The translations under genes and the position numbers were made by a program. From positions 1 through 64,000 of the forward strand of contig JASFYR010000014.1 in the NCBI GenBank assembly GCA_045047115.1: 64,000 bases of DNA, written 5' to 3'. The notes under the pieces are model-generated. The model worked only from the letters and a program-made list of their open reading frames with translations, ran no database searches and had not been told where the DNA came from. Below are positions 41,203-51,102 of this stretch, piece by piece (position 1 is the first letter of the stretch; each line of letters starts with the position of its first letter). This stretch comes from Sulfurospirillum sp. (GTDB lineage Bacteria > Campylobacterota > Campylobacteria > Campylobacterales > Sulfurospirillaceae).

Positions 41203-41878
41203 TATTTCTGCTGTTTTTCTCCTCTATTCCGCTTAGTCCAAATCTTCTTTTAAGCTCTTGTTTTACTAGGTCTGGATTGATATCTGCATATCCAAGTGTG
41301 ACGAGTGTGTGAAATACTAAATCAGCTGCTTCATACACAATCTCTTTTTTATCTTTGTCTTTTACTGCAAAGCAGAACTCACCTGCCTCTTCAACAACTT
41401 TTTTCAGTATAGAGTTTTCACCTTTTCTAAAGAGTGATGCAACATAAGATTTTTTTGGATCTGCACTTTTGCGCTCCATTATAACATGGTAGAGAGTATC
41501 ACTTATGCTATATGAATCAATCACCTCTTCGATGGGAGGTAACTTCGTTGTGATATCAACTCTGTTAAAAAAGCAAGAGTACCTACCGGTATGACAAGCA
41601 ACCCCGTTTTGTTTTACTTTATACAGAAGAGTATCGCTGTCACAATCAAGATATATCTCTTCTATCTCTTGCGTATGACCACTTTGCTCACCTTTTTTCC
41701 AGAGTTTTTGTCTGCTTCTTGAGTAGTAGTGGGCAAATTTTGTCTTCAAGCTTAACTCAAGTGCTTCTTTGTTTGCATAGGCCAGCATCAACACTTTCCC
41801 GTTATCGCTCTCTTGTGCGATAACGGGAATTAGAGGATTTTTATCCCAGTTTATACTATTTAATAACTCTTGATCCAC
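41195..41878 (-). CDS. hisIE: Bifunctional phosphoribosyl-AMP cyclohydrolase / phosphoribosyl-ATP pyrophosphatase
   Basis: [35 protein letters not shown] and EAADL. Confidence 0.95.
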   Translation of the reverse strand: MDQELLNSINWDKNPLIPVIAQESDNGKVLMLAYANKEALELSLKTKFAHYYSRSRQKLWKKGEQSGHTQEIEEIYLDCDSDTLLYKVKQNGVACHTGRYSCFFNRVDITTKLPPIEEVIDSYSISDTLYHVIMERKSADPKKSYVASLFRKGENSILKKVVEEAGEFCFAVKDKDKKEIVYEAADLVFHTLVTLGYADINPDLVKQELKRRFGLSGIEEKNSRNNE

Positions 41879-41886
41879 TTAAATTC

Positions 41887-42972
41887 CTATTTGTTTATGC
41901 TTGTCATTTGCTTGTTGTTTTTAGTATCAACCCAGATATTTGGAACAGCACCACCAGGAGTCAGGAAGATTTTTGCATCTTTGTTAACCTGTAAAGCGTC
42001 ATTAAACTTACCCTGAACTTCTATCTGTTTTAGCTGCAATAAGTTTGGAGTTATACTCTTTGCAATTTCAATATTTGCATATGCATCTGCATCTGCTTCT
42101 ATTTTGACTGCATTTGCTTGCCCTTGTGCTTTTATCTTTCTTGCATTTGCTGCTCCTGTTGCTATAGCTGCAGCTTTTTTAGCCTCTTGATTTGCTCTTT
42201 CAACCTCATATTTAGTTCGTTCAGCCTCTTGTTTAGCTATCTGTACTCTCTCTATCTGGTCTTTTATCTTTTGAGGCAATATGATATTTCTTAACTGAAC
42301 TGTTAAGAGTTGTACCGGATGACCAGGCTGGGCATCTATATTTTTTCTAATTTGTTGGTCGATTTTTAGAGCAATTGCATTTCTTTGTACGGGTAGCTCT
42401 TCCGCAGGATATTGACCTACAACATTTCTTGTCACATCTCTAACTACAGGATTTATGATTTTGTCTTCCCATGCAAGTCCCCATGTGGCTATAGTTTGAG
42501 GCGCAGTTGTTGGCTCCAGTTTATATTGGACTGTTAAGTCTATAGAGACAGGAAGCCCTCTTGAATCAAGTACAGATATAGCATTTTTGTTTTTTATGCC
42601 AGAGCCTCTTCTTGTCGTTTCTCTGTCTGCCCCTGATGTATAGTTCATAATTCTTACTTTTGTATCTACTATAAATATATTTTGTATAAAAGGCAGATAT
42701 AGGTGAAAACCAGGATTTAACGGAGTAGGGTCAAATTTTCCTGCTGTCGATTTTATACCCATCTCACCCGAGTTAATCACAATGAAAGGTTTGGCGATGA
42801 CTAAAATCACAACTACAGCAATCAAAACATACAAAAAACCTGCTTTTTTACCAAGATTTTTTATAAAATCCGGTGGTTCAAGATTTGGACTTGGTCGATT
42901 GTTTCCACCATTTCCGCCTCCACTGCTGTTTCCGCTCTTCTTTTTAAAATAATCATTTAGATCAACTGGCAT
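41887..42972 (-). CDS. SPFH/prohibitin (band 7) family protein
   Basis: TM, band-7 domain and Ala/Glu-rich coiled coil. Confidence 0.9.
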   Translation of the reverse strand: MPVDLNDYFKKKSGNSSGGGNGGNNRPSPNLEPPDFIKNLGKKAGFLYVLIAVVVILVIAKPFIVINSGEMGIKSTAGKFDPTPLNPGFHLYLPFIQNIFIVDTKVRIMNYTSGADRETTRRGSGIKNKNAISVLDSRGLPVSIDLTVQYKLEPTTAPQTIATWGLAWEDKIINPVVRDVTRNVVGQYPAEELPVQRNAIALKIDQQIRKNIDAQPGHPVQLLTVQLRNIILPQKIKDQIERVQIAKQEAERTKYEVERANQEAKKAAAIATGAANARKIKAQGQANAVKIEADADAYANIEIAKSITPNLLQLKQIEVQGKFNDALQVNKDAKIFLTPGGAVPNIWVDTKNNKQMTSINK

Positions 42973-43011
42973 TTTTTTCCTTTAAAATTTTTTGCATTCT
43001 ACATTAACTCT

Positions 43012-43926
43012 CTAAATGAAAGTTAACAGGTCTCTGTATTTTTCATTTCTTCCATAAACTACATCAAAGTAGGCATCTTGAAGTTCTTTGGTTATCTCAC
43101 CTCTTTTGCCGCTTCCTATGGTATAGTTGTCAACATCTCTTACGGGGGTAACTTCAGCAGCAGTTCCAGTAAAAAATGCCTCATCTGCTATATATACTTC
43201 ATCTCTAGTGATTCTTCTGCGCTCTACAGAGATTTTGGCATCACGGGCTAGCATAAGTACCGTGTTTTGGGTTATACTCTCTAGCGAAGTATCATTTGGT
43301 GGAGTTATTAAAACACCGTTCCTTACTATGAAAAAGCACTCCCCGCTACCTTCTGCTATAAATCCATCTTCATCTAGCAAAAGTGCTTCTTCGTATCCGG
43401 CATCCATTGCTTCATATTTAGCCAATTGAGAATTTAGATAGTTTGCGACCGCCTTTGCCTTGCCCATAGTTGAGCTCACAGGATTTCTTGTGAATGAAGA
43501 GATTTTAACTCTTATTCCGTTTTCTAACCCTTCATCCCCAAGATAACTACCCCACTCCCAAGCCGCAATAGCAGTTTTTACAGGAGCATTTACATGGTAT
43601 AAGCCCATGATACCGTAACCTAGATATATGAGAGGCCTTAGATAGACATTGGATTTGAAGTTATTTACTTTTAGTATCTCTAATTGTGCCTTTTCTAGCT
43701 CTTCTAGTGAATATGGAGGTGTGATTCTGGTGATTTTTGCTGAGTTTAAAAGTCTTTTTGTGTGGTCTTTGAGTCTATAGACAGCCAATCCATCTTTTGT
43801 CATATAGGCTCTTGTGCCTTCAAAAACACCATTTCCATAATGAAGTGTGTGAGTTAAAATGTGAACATTTGCCTCATCCCAAGGAGTTAGTTTGCCATCC
43901 ATCCAGATAAATTTTGCTTTTTCCAT
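43012..43926 (-). CDS. ilvE: Branched-chain amino acid aminotransferase
   Basis: LHYGNGVFEG, KAVANY, EGSGE and FFTGTAAEVTP. Confidence 0.95.
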   Translation of the reverse strand: MEKAKFIWMDGKLTPWDEANVHILTHTLHYGNGVFEGTRAYMTKDGLAVYRLKDHTKRLLNSAKITRITPPYSLEELEKAQLEILKVNNFKSNVYLRPLIYLGYGIMGLYHVNAPVKTAIAAWEWGSYLGDEGLENGIRVKISSFTRNPVSSTMGKAKAVANYLNSQLAKYEAMDAGYEEALLLDEDGFIAEGSGECFFIVRNGVLITPPNDTSLESITQNTVLMLARDAKISVERRRITRDEVYIADEAFFTGTAAEVTPVRDVDNYTIGSGKRGEITKELQDAYFDVVYGRNEKYRDLLTFI

Positions 43927-44002
43927 ATTTTTTCAACCTATAATAATAAAATAGATATAATGATACCCAAGTTTAGATTAAAAATGGATTTAGGAGTATA
44001 TA

Positions 44003-45427
44003 ATGAATAAAGCAAAGATATATTTAGGCAGTGAAGAGAAGAGTACACCAAATTTTATTGAGGTAAGAAATCCCTTTAATTCAAATGTTGTATCTTCGTA
44101 TCCAATATGCGCAATTAGCGATGTAGAGATGGCATATCTCAAGGCTAAAAGTGCATCCAAAGAAACCAAGAAATCACCTCTTCACCAACGAGTTTCATGG
44201 CTTGAAGATGTTGCAAACAAGTTAGAAGAGCAGAGCGAAAAATTTGCTAAATTGATATGTGATGAAGTGGGAAAACCAATGGTTTTTGCTAGAGGAGAAG
44301 TAACAAGATGCATAGAAACCATAAGACTCTCAGCCCATACGATGATTTCCATAGGAGGAGAGAGTTTTGATACAACTGCGATGCCAAGTGGTAAAAAAAC
44401 TTTGGCATTTTTCAAAAGAGTTCCGGTGGGTGTGGCGCTTGCCATCACTCCGTTTAATTTTCCTCTAAATCTAGTAGTTCATAAAATTGCTCCGGCACTT
44501 GTGAGTGGAAATGCAGTAGTTCTAAAACCAAGCTCCGCTGCTCCGCTTTGTGCATACTCTTTGGCAAAACTCTTTATAGAGAGTCCATATGCCATAAAAG
44601 ATGCTCTTAGTGTGGTTTATAGCGGTGAGGGCGTAAATGATGCTTTAGTGACAAGCAGGGTTCCAAGAGTCATCAGTTTTACAGGAAGTGTGCCGGTGGG
44701 CAATCTTATCACAAAAAAAGCAGGTATAAAAAAGATAGCATTGGAGCTTGGCGGAAATGCAGCAACTTTTATAGATAAATCGGCAAACCTCAAAGATGCA
44801 GCCAAAAAGTGTGCGATTGGTGCCTTTATAAACTCCGGGCAAGTCTGTATTTCGCTTCAGAGAATCTATGTACATGTAGAGGTTTATGATAAATTTGCAA
44901 AGCTTATAGCCGATGAAACAAGTAAACTTGTGGTCGGAAATCCTTATGATGATAAGACTTTTATAGGTCCTATGATAGATGAAGATGCGATAGATAAAGC
45001 AAAGATTTGGATAGCAAATGCAAAACAAGAGGGTGCAAAAGTATTGTGTGGCGGAGGCAACAAAGGTTTGGTTTTGGAACCGACTATCATGGCAGATGTA
45101 AAAGAAGATATGAACATAGTTTGCCAAGAAGTTTTTGCACCTATTGTCTCTCTTATCGCAAAAGATAGTTATGAAGATGCACTAAAGTCTATAAATGACT
45201 CCGAGTTTGGCTTGCAGTACTCTATCTTTACAAATGATTTAGCTATGACAACAAGAGCGATAGATGATTTGGATGCCGGCGGAGTCGTGATAAACGATAT
45301 ACCGACTCTTCGTTTTGATATACAGCCATATGGTGGATTTAAACACAGCGGAATAGGCAAAGAGGGTCCGAAATTTGCTATTCTTGATGATTATACGGAG
45401 GTAAAATCAATAGTAATATGTAGTTAA
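44003..45427 (+). CDS. NAD(P)-dependent aldehyde dehydrogenase
   Basis: ITPFNFP, FTGS, LELGGN, NSGQVCIS, EVFAP and PYGGFKHSGIGKEG. Confidence 0.92.
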   Translation: MNKAKIYLGSEEKSTPNFIEVRNPFNSNVVSSYPICAISDVEMAYLKAKSASKETKKSPLHQRVSWLEDVANKLEEQSEKFAKLICDEVGKPMVFARGEVTRCIETIRLSAHTMISIGGESFDTTAMPSGKKTLAFFKRVPVGVALAITPFNFPLNLVVHKIAPALVSGNAVVLKPSSAAPLCAYSLAKLFIESPYAIKDALSVVYSGEGVNDALVTSRVPRVISFTGSVPVGNLITKKAGIKKIALELGGNAATFIDKSANLKDAAKKCAIGAFINSGQVCISLQRIYVHVEVYDKFAKLIADETSKLVVGNPYDDKTFIGPMIDEDAIDKAKIWIANAKQEGAKVLCGGGNKGLVLEPTIMADVKEDMNIVCQEVFAPIVSLIAKDSYEDALKSINDSEFGLQYSIFTNDLAMTTRAIDDLDAGGVVINDIPTLRFDIQPYGGFKHSGIGKEGPKFAILDDYTEVKSIVICS

Positions 45428-45439
45428 AATCTAAAAAAC

Positions 45440-45469
45440 GACAATTTGAAGACATTGTTTTGATATAAT
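45440..45469 (+). promoter_or_regulatory. GACA direct repeat (11-bp period) plus extended -10 TGATATAAT upstream of the response regulator
   Basis: GACAAT 45440-45 and GACATT 45451-56; TGATATAAT 45461-69. Confidence 0.45.
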
Positions 45470-45505
45470 TTCCTACATAAGCATAGTTTAGATTAAAAGG
45501 TTGAT

Positions 45506-46189
45506 ATGAATAGGTTTCAAAGTTATTCAGTTCTTATGGTAGATGATGACATGGAGTCACTTGAGTGTATGGGTGAATATTTGGACTTGGAGTTTTCTAC
45601 GGTTTACAGAGCTGTTAGTGTGAAAGATGCATTTACACTTATTATGCAAAAAAAGCCGGATATAATTTTTACAGATATTTATATGCCTGAAAATGATGGA
45701 TTCTCTTTGGTGGAGCAACTTTATGCCAGGAGAATCAAAATTCCTGTCATTATAATTAGTGCTTATGACGACAAGGAAAAGTTGCTTAAAGCCATAAAAT
45801 TAGGTATAGTAGATTATCTTATCAAGCCACTTGACTCCAAAAAATTAAAAGATGCTATGAGGCTATGCTATGAGAAATTGAAGTTGGCCGAAAAAGAGAT
45901 ACTTCTTGATGAAAACTTATTGTGGAATCAAGAAAAATCACTTCTTATGAAAAACAGTAGGCCGATAAAATTGACAGAGAGCGAAACTAAGCTACTGCAA
46001 ATACTCATAAAAAATATCAATGTACCCATGAAAAATATAGATATTTTTTATTATCTATGGAATTATGAGCAAAAAGAGTATAACTCTAAAAATATCAGAA
46101 ATATTATATACAAATTAAGAAAAAAACTCGATTGTGATAGCTTGATAAAAAATATATATGGTGGCAAATACATGATAAGTACAATTTGA
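45506..46189 (+). CDS. OmpR-family response regulator
   Basis: REC domain (VDDD, TDIYMP, SA, KP) and winged HTH (IYKLRKKL...IYGGKY). Confidence 0.9.
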   Translation: MNRFQSYSVLMVDDDMESLECMGEYLDLEFSTVYRAVSVKDAFTLIMQKKPDIIFTDIYMPENDGFSLVEQLYARRIKIPVIIISAYDDKEKLLKAIKLGIVDYLIKPLDSKKLKDAMRLCYEKLKLAEKEILLDENLLWNQEKSLLMKNSRPIKLTESETKLLQILIKNINVPMKNIDIFYYLWNYEQKEYNSKNIRNIIYKLRKKLDCDSLIKNIYGGKYMISTI

Positions 46190-47532
46190 TGAAAAAAAAC
46201 AGAAGCAAGTACCATCTTTTAAAAGAGGCGACTATCCTTGTAGTAGAGGACAACGAAAGTGAATTGGAAGAGCTTGGAGAACTTTTTGATATCTATTTTA
46301 AAAAATGTTATAGAGCAAAAGATGGAAAAGAGGGTCTTGAAGAATTTGTACAAAATCACCCCGATATAGTTTTGAGTGATTTGGGAATGCCTGTCATGGA
46401 TGGCTTTGATATGGCTAAAGAAATCAGGAAGATTAATAAAAAGACCCCCGTTTTACTGCACACCATATATGCTGACAACAGTGTTTTTTTAAAGGCGATA
46501 GAGTGCAAAATATCCGGCTATATGACAAAGCCGACAAATGCGACAATGTTGCTGGATACTCTTTTGAGAGAGTATGAATCCATACAGAAAGATGGAGAAC
46601 TTAAAAAAGAGAAGATGCTTAAACAGGCCATTTTGGATGAGTTTCCTGACCCTATGATGGTTTTGGATTTAGAGAGAAATATACTTTTTGCAAATAATGT
46701 GGTCAAAAAAGGCAGATATTGGAAAGATACATTTCCTATAAAGTGTTATCAAGCATTATACGGTTATGAGACTCCTTGTTATTTATTGGGGTATAAATGT
46801 GATAGCGATAGTGCCATAAAAAGTGGCAAAAATATGGTGAGTTTTTGTGAAAATATATCTAAAGACGGAATTCAAATGTGCTCTAGTATTAAAACAGTTC
46901 CTATTAAAGATGCAAATGGAGATATTTATGCTCTATTAAAGGTGATTCAGGATAAAACTGTCGAAATAAACAAAGAAAGAGAGCTTAAACAACTTGCCAG
47001 TTATGATGCATTGACTAAACTTCCAAACAGAACACTTCTGCTTGACAGATTGGAACAGGCGATTCTCAGAAGCAACAGAGGTGGTTTGAAATTTGCACTA
47101 CTGTTTATTGATTTGGATGAATTTAAAAGTATAAATGATATATATGGGCATATTGCAGGAGATGAATTACTAAAGGAAGTATCCCGCCGAATGAAATCAT
47201 CAATCAGAAAAGTAGATACTTTGGCCAGATTTGGCGGCGATGAATTCATAATCATAATAGAAGAGATAACAGACTTACATAATGTTTTATTTGTAACAGA
47301 AGACATTTTGTCAAAATTGAGAGTAGAATTTGAATTAAATAACAATATTAAAGTAAATATAAGCTGCTCTATAGGCATCGATACATATAGTCCGAAAAAA
47401 GATGCTAAAACAGAAAATATACTGCTTCAAAATGCGGATATAGCTATGTATGAAGTTAAAAAAACAGGAAAAAACGGATATAAGTTTTTTGAAAATCATC
47501 TTTTTGACCATTTAGAAGTAAACAGTGGATAA
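46186..47532 (+). CDS. REC-PAS-GGDEF diguanylate cyclase
   Basis: REC (VEDN, DLGMP, KP), Cys-rich PAS-like region, DALTKLPNR, RKVD I-site and RFGGDEF. Confidence 0.9.
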   Translation: MMKKNRSKYHLLKEATILVVEDNESELEELGELFDIYFKKCYRAKDGKEGLEEFVQNHPDIVLSDLGMPVMDGFDMAKEIRKINKKTPVLLHTIYADNSVFLKAIECKISGYMTKPTNATMLLDTLLREYESIQKDGELKKEKMLKQAILDEFPDPMMVLDLERNILFANNVVKKGRYWKDTFPIKCYQALYGYETPCYLLGYKCDSDSAIKSGKNMVSFCENISKDGIQMCSSIKTVPIKDANGDIYALLKVIQDKTVEINKERELKQLASYDALTKLPNRTLLLDRLEQAILRSNRGGLKFALLFIDLDEFKSINDIYGHIAGDELLKEVSRRMKSSIRKVDTLARFGGDEFIIIIEEITDLHNVLFVTEDILSKLRVEFELNNNIKVNISCSIGIDTYSPKKDAKTENILLQNADIAMYEVKKTGKNGYKFFENHLFDHLEVNSG

Positions 47533-49393
47533 ACAAGAGAAACAAGTTTTAAGACTGATAAAATCAATCCCTATTTTATTGGTTTTTGTTTTCTTTGTAG
47601 TGGTTGGTAATAAAATCCAAGTCGGCAAGCAGAATATAGAATATATGAAAAAAAACTTTTTGCAAATTAAAAAAAATAGAATCAAAAATGAAGTTTTAGC
47701 TCTCGTGAGGCATATAAATTACCAAAGAAGAATTGCAAAAAAGACTTTAAAAGAGGGGCTAAAGCAAAAAGTTGATATGGCTTATGCGATTAGTATGAAC
47801 ATATATATGCAAAATAAAGATAAAGATAAAAAAGTCATTACAACAATGATAAAAGATGCACTCAGGCCAATAAGATTTAATCAAAACCGAGGATATATTT
47901 TCATATATACTATGAAGTTGAAAAATATTTTATTGCCGATAGAGCCACAATTAGAAGGTAGTGATTTTTCAAACTACAAAGATATAAAAGGTGATTTGGT
48001 TGTAAAAAATATGGCTAAATTATGTAAAAAATATGGTGGCACTTTTTATACCTGGTACTGGAAAAAACCAAGTGAGAGCTTTGAAGGATATAAAAAAATC
48101 GGATATGGCAGATATTTCGAACCACTTGACTGGTTTATAGGCACAGGTGAATATACAGCTGACTTTGAAAAGAATTTGCAAGATGAAGTACTCAAAGAGA
48201 TACAAGATATGAGATATGAAAGAGATAAGTATTTTTTTACGATATCGTATGCCGGTACAATTTTGACTCATATAAACAGATCATATGTAGGTAAAAATCA
48301 GATAAACATAAAAGATAAAGATAGAAAATATTTTATAAATCAAATTATAAAAACAGCAAAAAATGGCAGTGGATTTATAAATTATAAAGTTAAAATTGAT
48401 ACGGGTGCAAGAAAAACAGCAAAAAAAATATCTTATGTGGAAGGTCTGGATGAGTGGAGATGGGCGATAGGTTTGGGAGAGTATCTTGATGATATAGATA
48501 TGTCGATACACAAAAGAGAAAAAGAGTTAAGAGCTCAATTGCATGGTACTCTTATCAGGCTGGCAATTGTTTTTGTATTGATTGCAATTTTATTGAGTAT
48601 TTTGCTTTTTGTGCTTACGCAAAAGAGTAAAGAGATATTTCTAAAATATAAAAATACAATTCTTGATGAGATGGAAAAAAGTAAAAAACAGTTGATGTTG
48701 ATTCAAAATCAAAACAAACTAGCATCTATGGGAGAAATGCTGGGAAATATCTCTCACCAGTGGAAGCAGCCATTAAATACACTTGGTATATCTGTAAGCA
48801 AAATGATGCTACTCGAAGAAGACGGATATCTGTCAAAAGAGATAATGCTAAAAAGCCTCTCCAGAATGGAGAAAAATATAGCATATCTTTCTAAAACAAT
48901 AGATGTTTTTAGAGATTTTTTCAAACCATCCGTAAATGTTGAAAAATTTAATCTTGAAGAAGAGATAGAAGATATTGTGTATATGGTACAATGTTCATTT
49001 GAGCATAGTTTGATTAGTATTTCTTGTGTTTGTGATGATGATATTCTTATAAAAGGAGACAGGAAAAAGTTAGAGCAGGTATTTTTAAATATCTTAAATA
49101 ATGCAAAAGATGCAATACTCTCAAATAAAATAAGAGATGGAGCAGTTGAGATAAAAGCAGTAAAAACAGGTCAAAAAGTAAAAATTACAATCCAGGACAA
49201 TGCTTTGGGAGTGCCTTTGGAGATAAAAGATAAGATATTTGAGCCTTATTTTACAACAAAAGACCAATCCAAAGGCACTGGTGTTGGTTTGTATATGTCA
49301 AAAATTATCATAGAAAATAATTTTCAAGGGGAGCTTGATTTTGAAAACAGAAAAGCAGGAGCCGAGTTTGTTATTTTTATTCCGTTAGATTAA
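47525..49393 (+). CDS. Sensor histidine kinase with tandem single-Cache domains
   Basis: Two GYIF..W.IG.G.Y Cache repeats, ISHQWKQPL H-box, NILNNAKDA and FTTK..GTGVGLY. Confidence 0.9.
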   Translation: MDKQEKQVLRLIKSIPILLVFVFFVVVGNKIQVGKQNIEYMKKNFLQIKKNRIKNEVLALVRHINYQRRIAKKTLKEGLKQKVDMAYAISMNIYMQNKDKDKKVITTMIKDALRPIRFNQNRGYIFIYTMKLKNILLPIEPQLEGSDFSNYKDIKGDLVVKNMAKLCKKYGGTFYTWYWKKPSESFEGYKKIGYGRYFEPLDWFIGTGEYTADFEKNLQDEVLKEIQDMRYERDKYFFTISYAGTILTHINRSYVGKNQINIKDKDRKYFINQIIKTAKNGSGFINYKVKIDTGARKTAKKISYVEGLDEWRWAIGLGEYLDDIDMSIHKREKELRAQLHGTLIRLAIVFVLIAILLSILLFVLTQKSKEIFLKYKNTILDEMEKSKKQLMLIQNQNKLASMGEMLGNISHQWKQPLNTLGISVSKMMLLEEDGYLSKEIMLKSLSRMEKNIAYLSKTIDVFRDFFKPSVNVEKFNLEEEIEDIVYMVQCSFEHSLISISCVCDDDILIKGDRKKLEQVFLNILNNAKDAILSNKIRDGAVEIKAVKTGQKVKITIQDNALGVPLEIKDKIFEPYFTTKDQSKGTGVGLYMSKIIIENNFQGELDFENRKAGAEFVIFIPLD

Positions 49394-49402
49394 AAGAGAT
49401 GT

Positions 49403-49825
49403 TTAAACAAATCTTCTGACATAGTTCTCTAGCGAAACCGGATCCATTGCCCCCGAGACTCTGTCAACTTCTTTTCCATTTTTGAAGACAACAAGAGTCG
49501 GGATACTTCTTATTTTGAATCTACTTCCTAAAAACTGCTCATTTTCGGTATTGATTTTGGCAAAAAGTGCTTTTAGCGGAAAGCCTGTGGAGACATCCGC
49601 AAAAACAGGAGCCATCATCTTGCATGGTCCGCACCAAGGAGCCCAAAAATCAACGATGACGGGTATGTCGGAATTTCCCAAGACTCTATCTATATTTGAG
49701 CTTGTTAACTCTATGGGTTTTGCCTCCAGTAGAGAGTTCTTGCATTTACCACAGTTTGCTTTTTTATAATCATCTTTTTTAGGAACATTGTTTATAGCTT
49801 GACAATGAGGACATATAACTTTCAT
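49403..49825 (-). CDS. trxC: Thioredoxin 2 with N-terminal Zn finger
   Basis: CPHC...CGKC and WCGPC; RBS AGGAG before ATG 49825; own TGCTATAAT at 49852-49860 (- strand). Confidence 0.93.
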   Translation of the reverse strand: MKVICPHCQAINNVPKKDDYKKANCGKCKNSLLEAKPIELTSSNIDRVLGNSDIPVIVDFWAPWCGPCKMMAPVFADVSTGFPLKALFAKINTENEQFLGSRFKIRSIPTLVVFKNGKEVDRVSGAMDPVSLENYVRRFV

Positions 49826-49869
49826 CTTATTTCTCCTAAATTTTTTTCTCAATTATAGCAATTTTTTTG

Positions 49870-51102
49870 TTATTTTCTGATTTTACCTCTCGGTACAAAT
49901 TTTAAAACAGTAGCATTTATGCAAAACCTCTGTCTGCCTCCCGGGGCATCGTTGAAGACGTGCCCTAGATGGATACCACTTTTTTTGGCTATGATCTCAA
50001 CTCTGTGCATACCGTAACTGTTATCCTCTTTCTGCGTGGTTGAACCCTCAACCGCTTTAAAAAAGCTAAGCCAACCAGAGCCTGAGTTGAATCTGTCTCT
50101 TGTGTCAAAGAGTATGTCGCCTGAGAGTTTGTCTATAAAGACACCGTCTGGTGTGTGTTTAAATATATCGTACTGTTTGCAGTACCTGCCATCTGTTCCT
50201 TGGTTGAAAGCTACATTAAATGCCTCACTGTTTTCGCCAAGTTTAAAGTAGCCAAGTGCCTTGTAGAAATCTTTTTTATCCATATATCCTCTGTGAGCAT
50301 ATACCTCTATGCCGTTATCGATAAAGAGTATGGTAGGTGTAGCGTCAAGTTTGGTTTTTATTTCGAAATCTTTTAATTGGCTGCTTTGGACAGTTCTAAG
50401 AGGAGTATCACCTCTGTATAAGGAGCTAACATCTTTTTTAAATTTCTCACAATATGGACAATCCGGAGCATCTATGATAACTATCTCTTTTCCGCCTAAA
50501 GGCTCTATAAAAGAGACTTTTTTTGTTTGCTTTTTAAATTTTACACCAGTTGCGTGGTTTGGACAGTAACCATTTGGATTTTTTTGCAGATAGTTTTGAT
50601 GGTAACTCTCCGCCGGATAAAATTTCTTTAAAGGAGCTATCTCAGTTGTAATTTTGCCATACCCGGCTTTGCTCAAAAGCTTTTGATACTCATCTTTTGT
50701 CTCAAGTGCTATTTTATGTTGTTTTTCATTTGTATAAAATATAGCACTTCGATAGTTGCTTCCTATATCGTTACCTTGTCCATTTTCTTGAGTCGGGTTA
50801 TGTATCTCCCAAAAATCTTTGATGAGTTCTTCCGCACTCACTTTTGTATCGTCAAATTTTACCTCAACAGACTCTGTGTAGTTTATCAGTCCGTTTGGAG
50901 CAGAGTGTCTGTACTTTAAAACACTATCATAAGTAGGATTTGGATAGTTGCCTCCGGCATAGCCAGACGAGGCATCTATAACTCCTTTTATATGCTCGAA
51001 GTGCTTCTCCACACCCCAAAAACATCCCGCGCTAAAGACTATAGTTTGGGTTTTTGCATACATTGACACGACAACCCCCAGTATTAATATTAATTTTATC
51101 AT
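49870..51102 (-). CDS. msrAB: Exported methionine sulfoxide reductase fusion MsrA-thioredoxin-like-MsrB
   Basis: Signal peptide; AGCFWG, YHQNYL and GYC (MsrA); CPYC and TPT (Trx-like); SGSGWLSF, HLGHVF and RFCIN (MsrB). Confidence 0.88.
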   Translation of the reverse strand: MIKLILILGVVVSMYAKTQTIVFSAGCFWGVEKHFEHIKGVIDASSGYAGGNYPNPTYDSVLKYRHSAPNGLINYTESVEVKFDDTKVSAEELIKDFWEIHNPTQENGQGNDIGSNYRSAIFYTNEKQHKIALETKDEYQKLLSKAGYGKITTEIAPLKKFYPAESYHQNYLQKNPNGYCPNHATGVKFKKQTKKVSFIEPLGGKEIVIIDAPDCPYCEKFKKDVSSLYRGDTPLRTVQSSQLKDFEIKTKLDATPTILFIDNGIEVYAHRGYMDKKDFYKALGYFKLGENSEAFNVAFNQGTDGRYCKQYDIFKHTPDGVFIDKLSGDILFDTRDRFNSGSGWLSFFKAVEGSTTQKEDNSYGMHRVEIIAKKSGIHLGHVFNDAPGGRQRFCINATVLKFVPRGKIRK

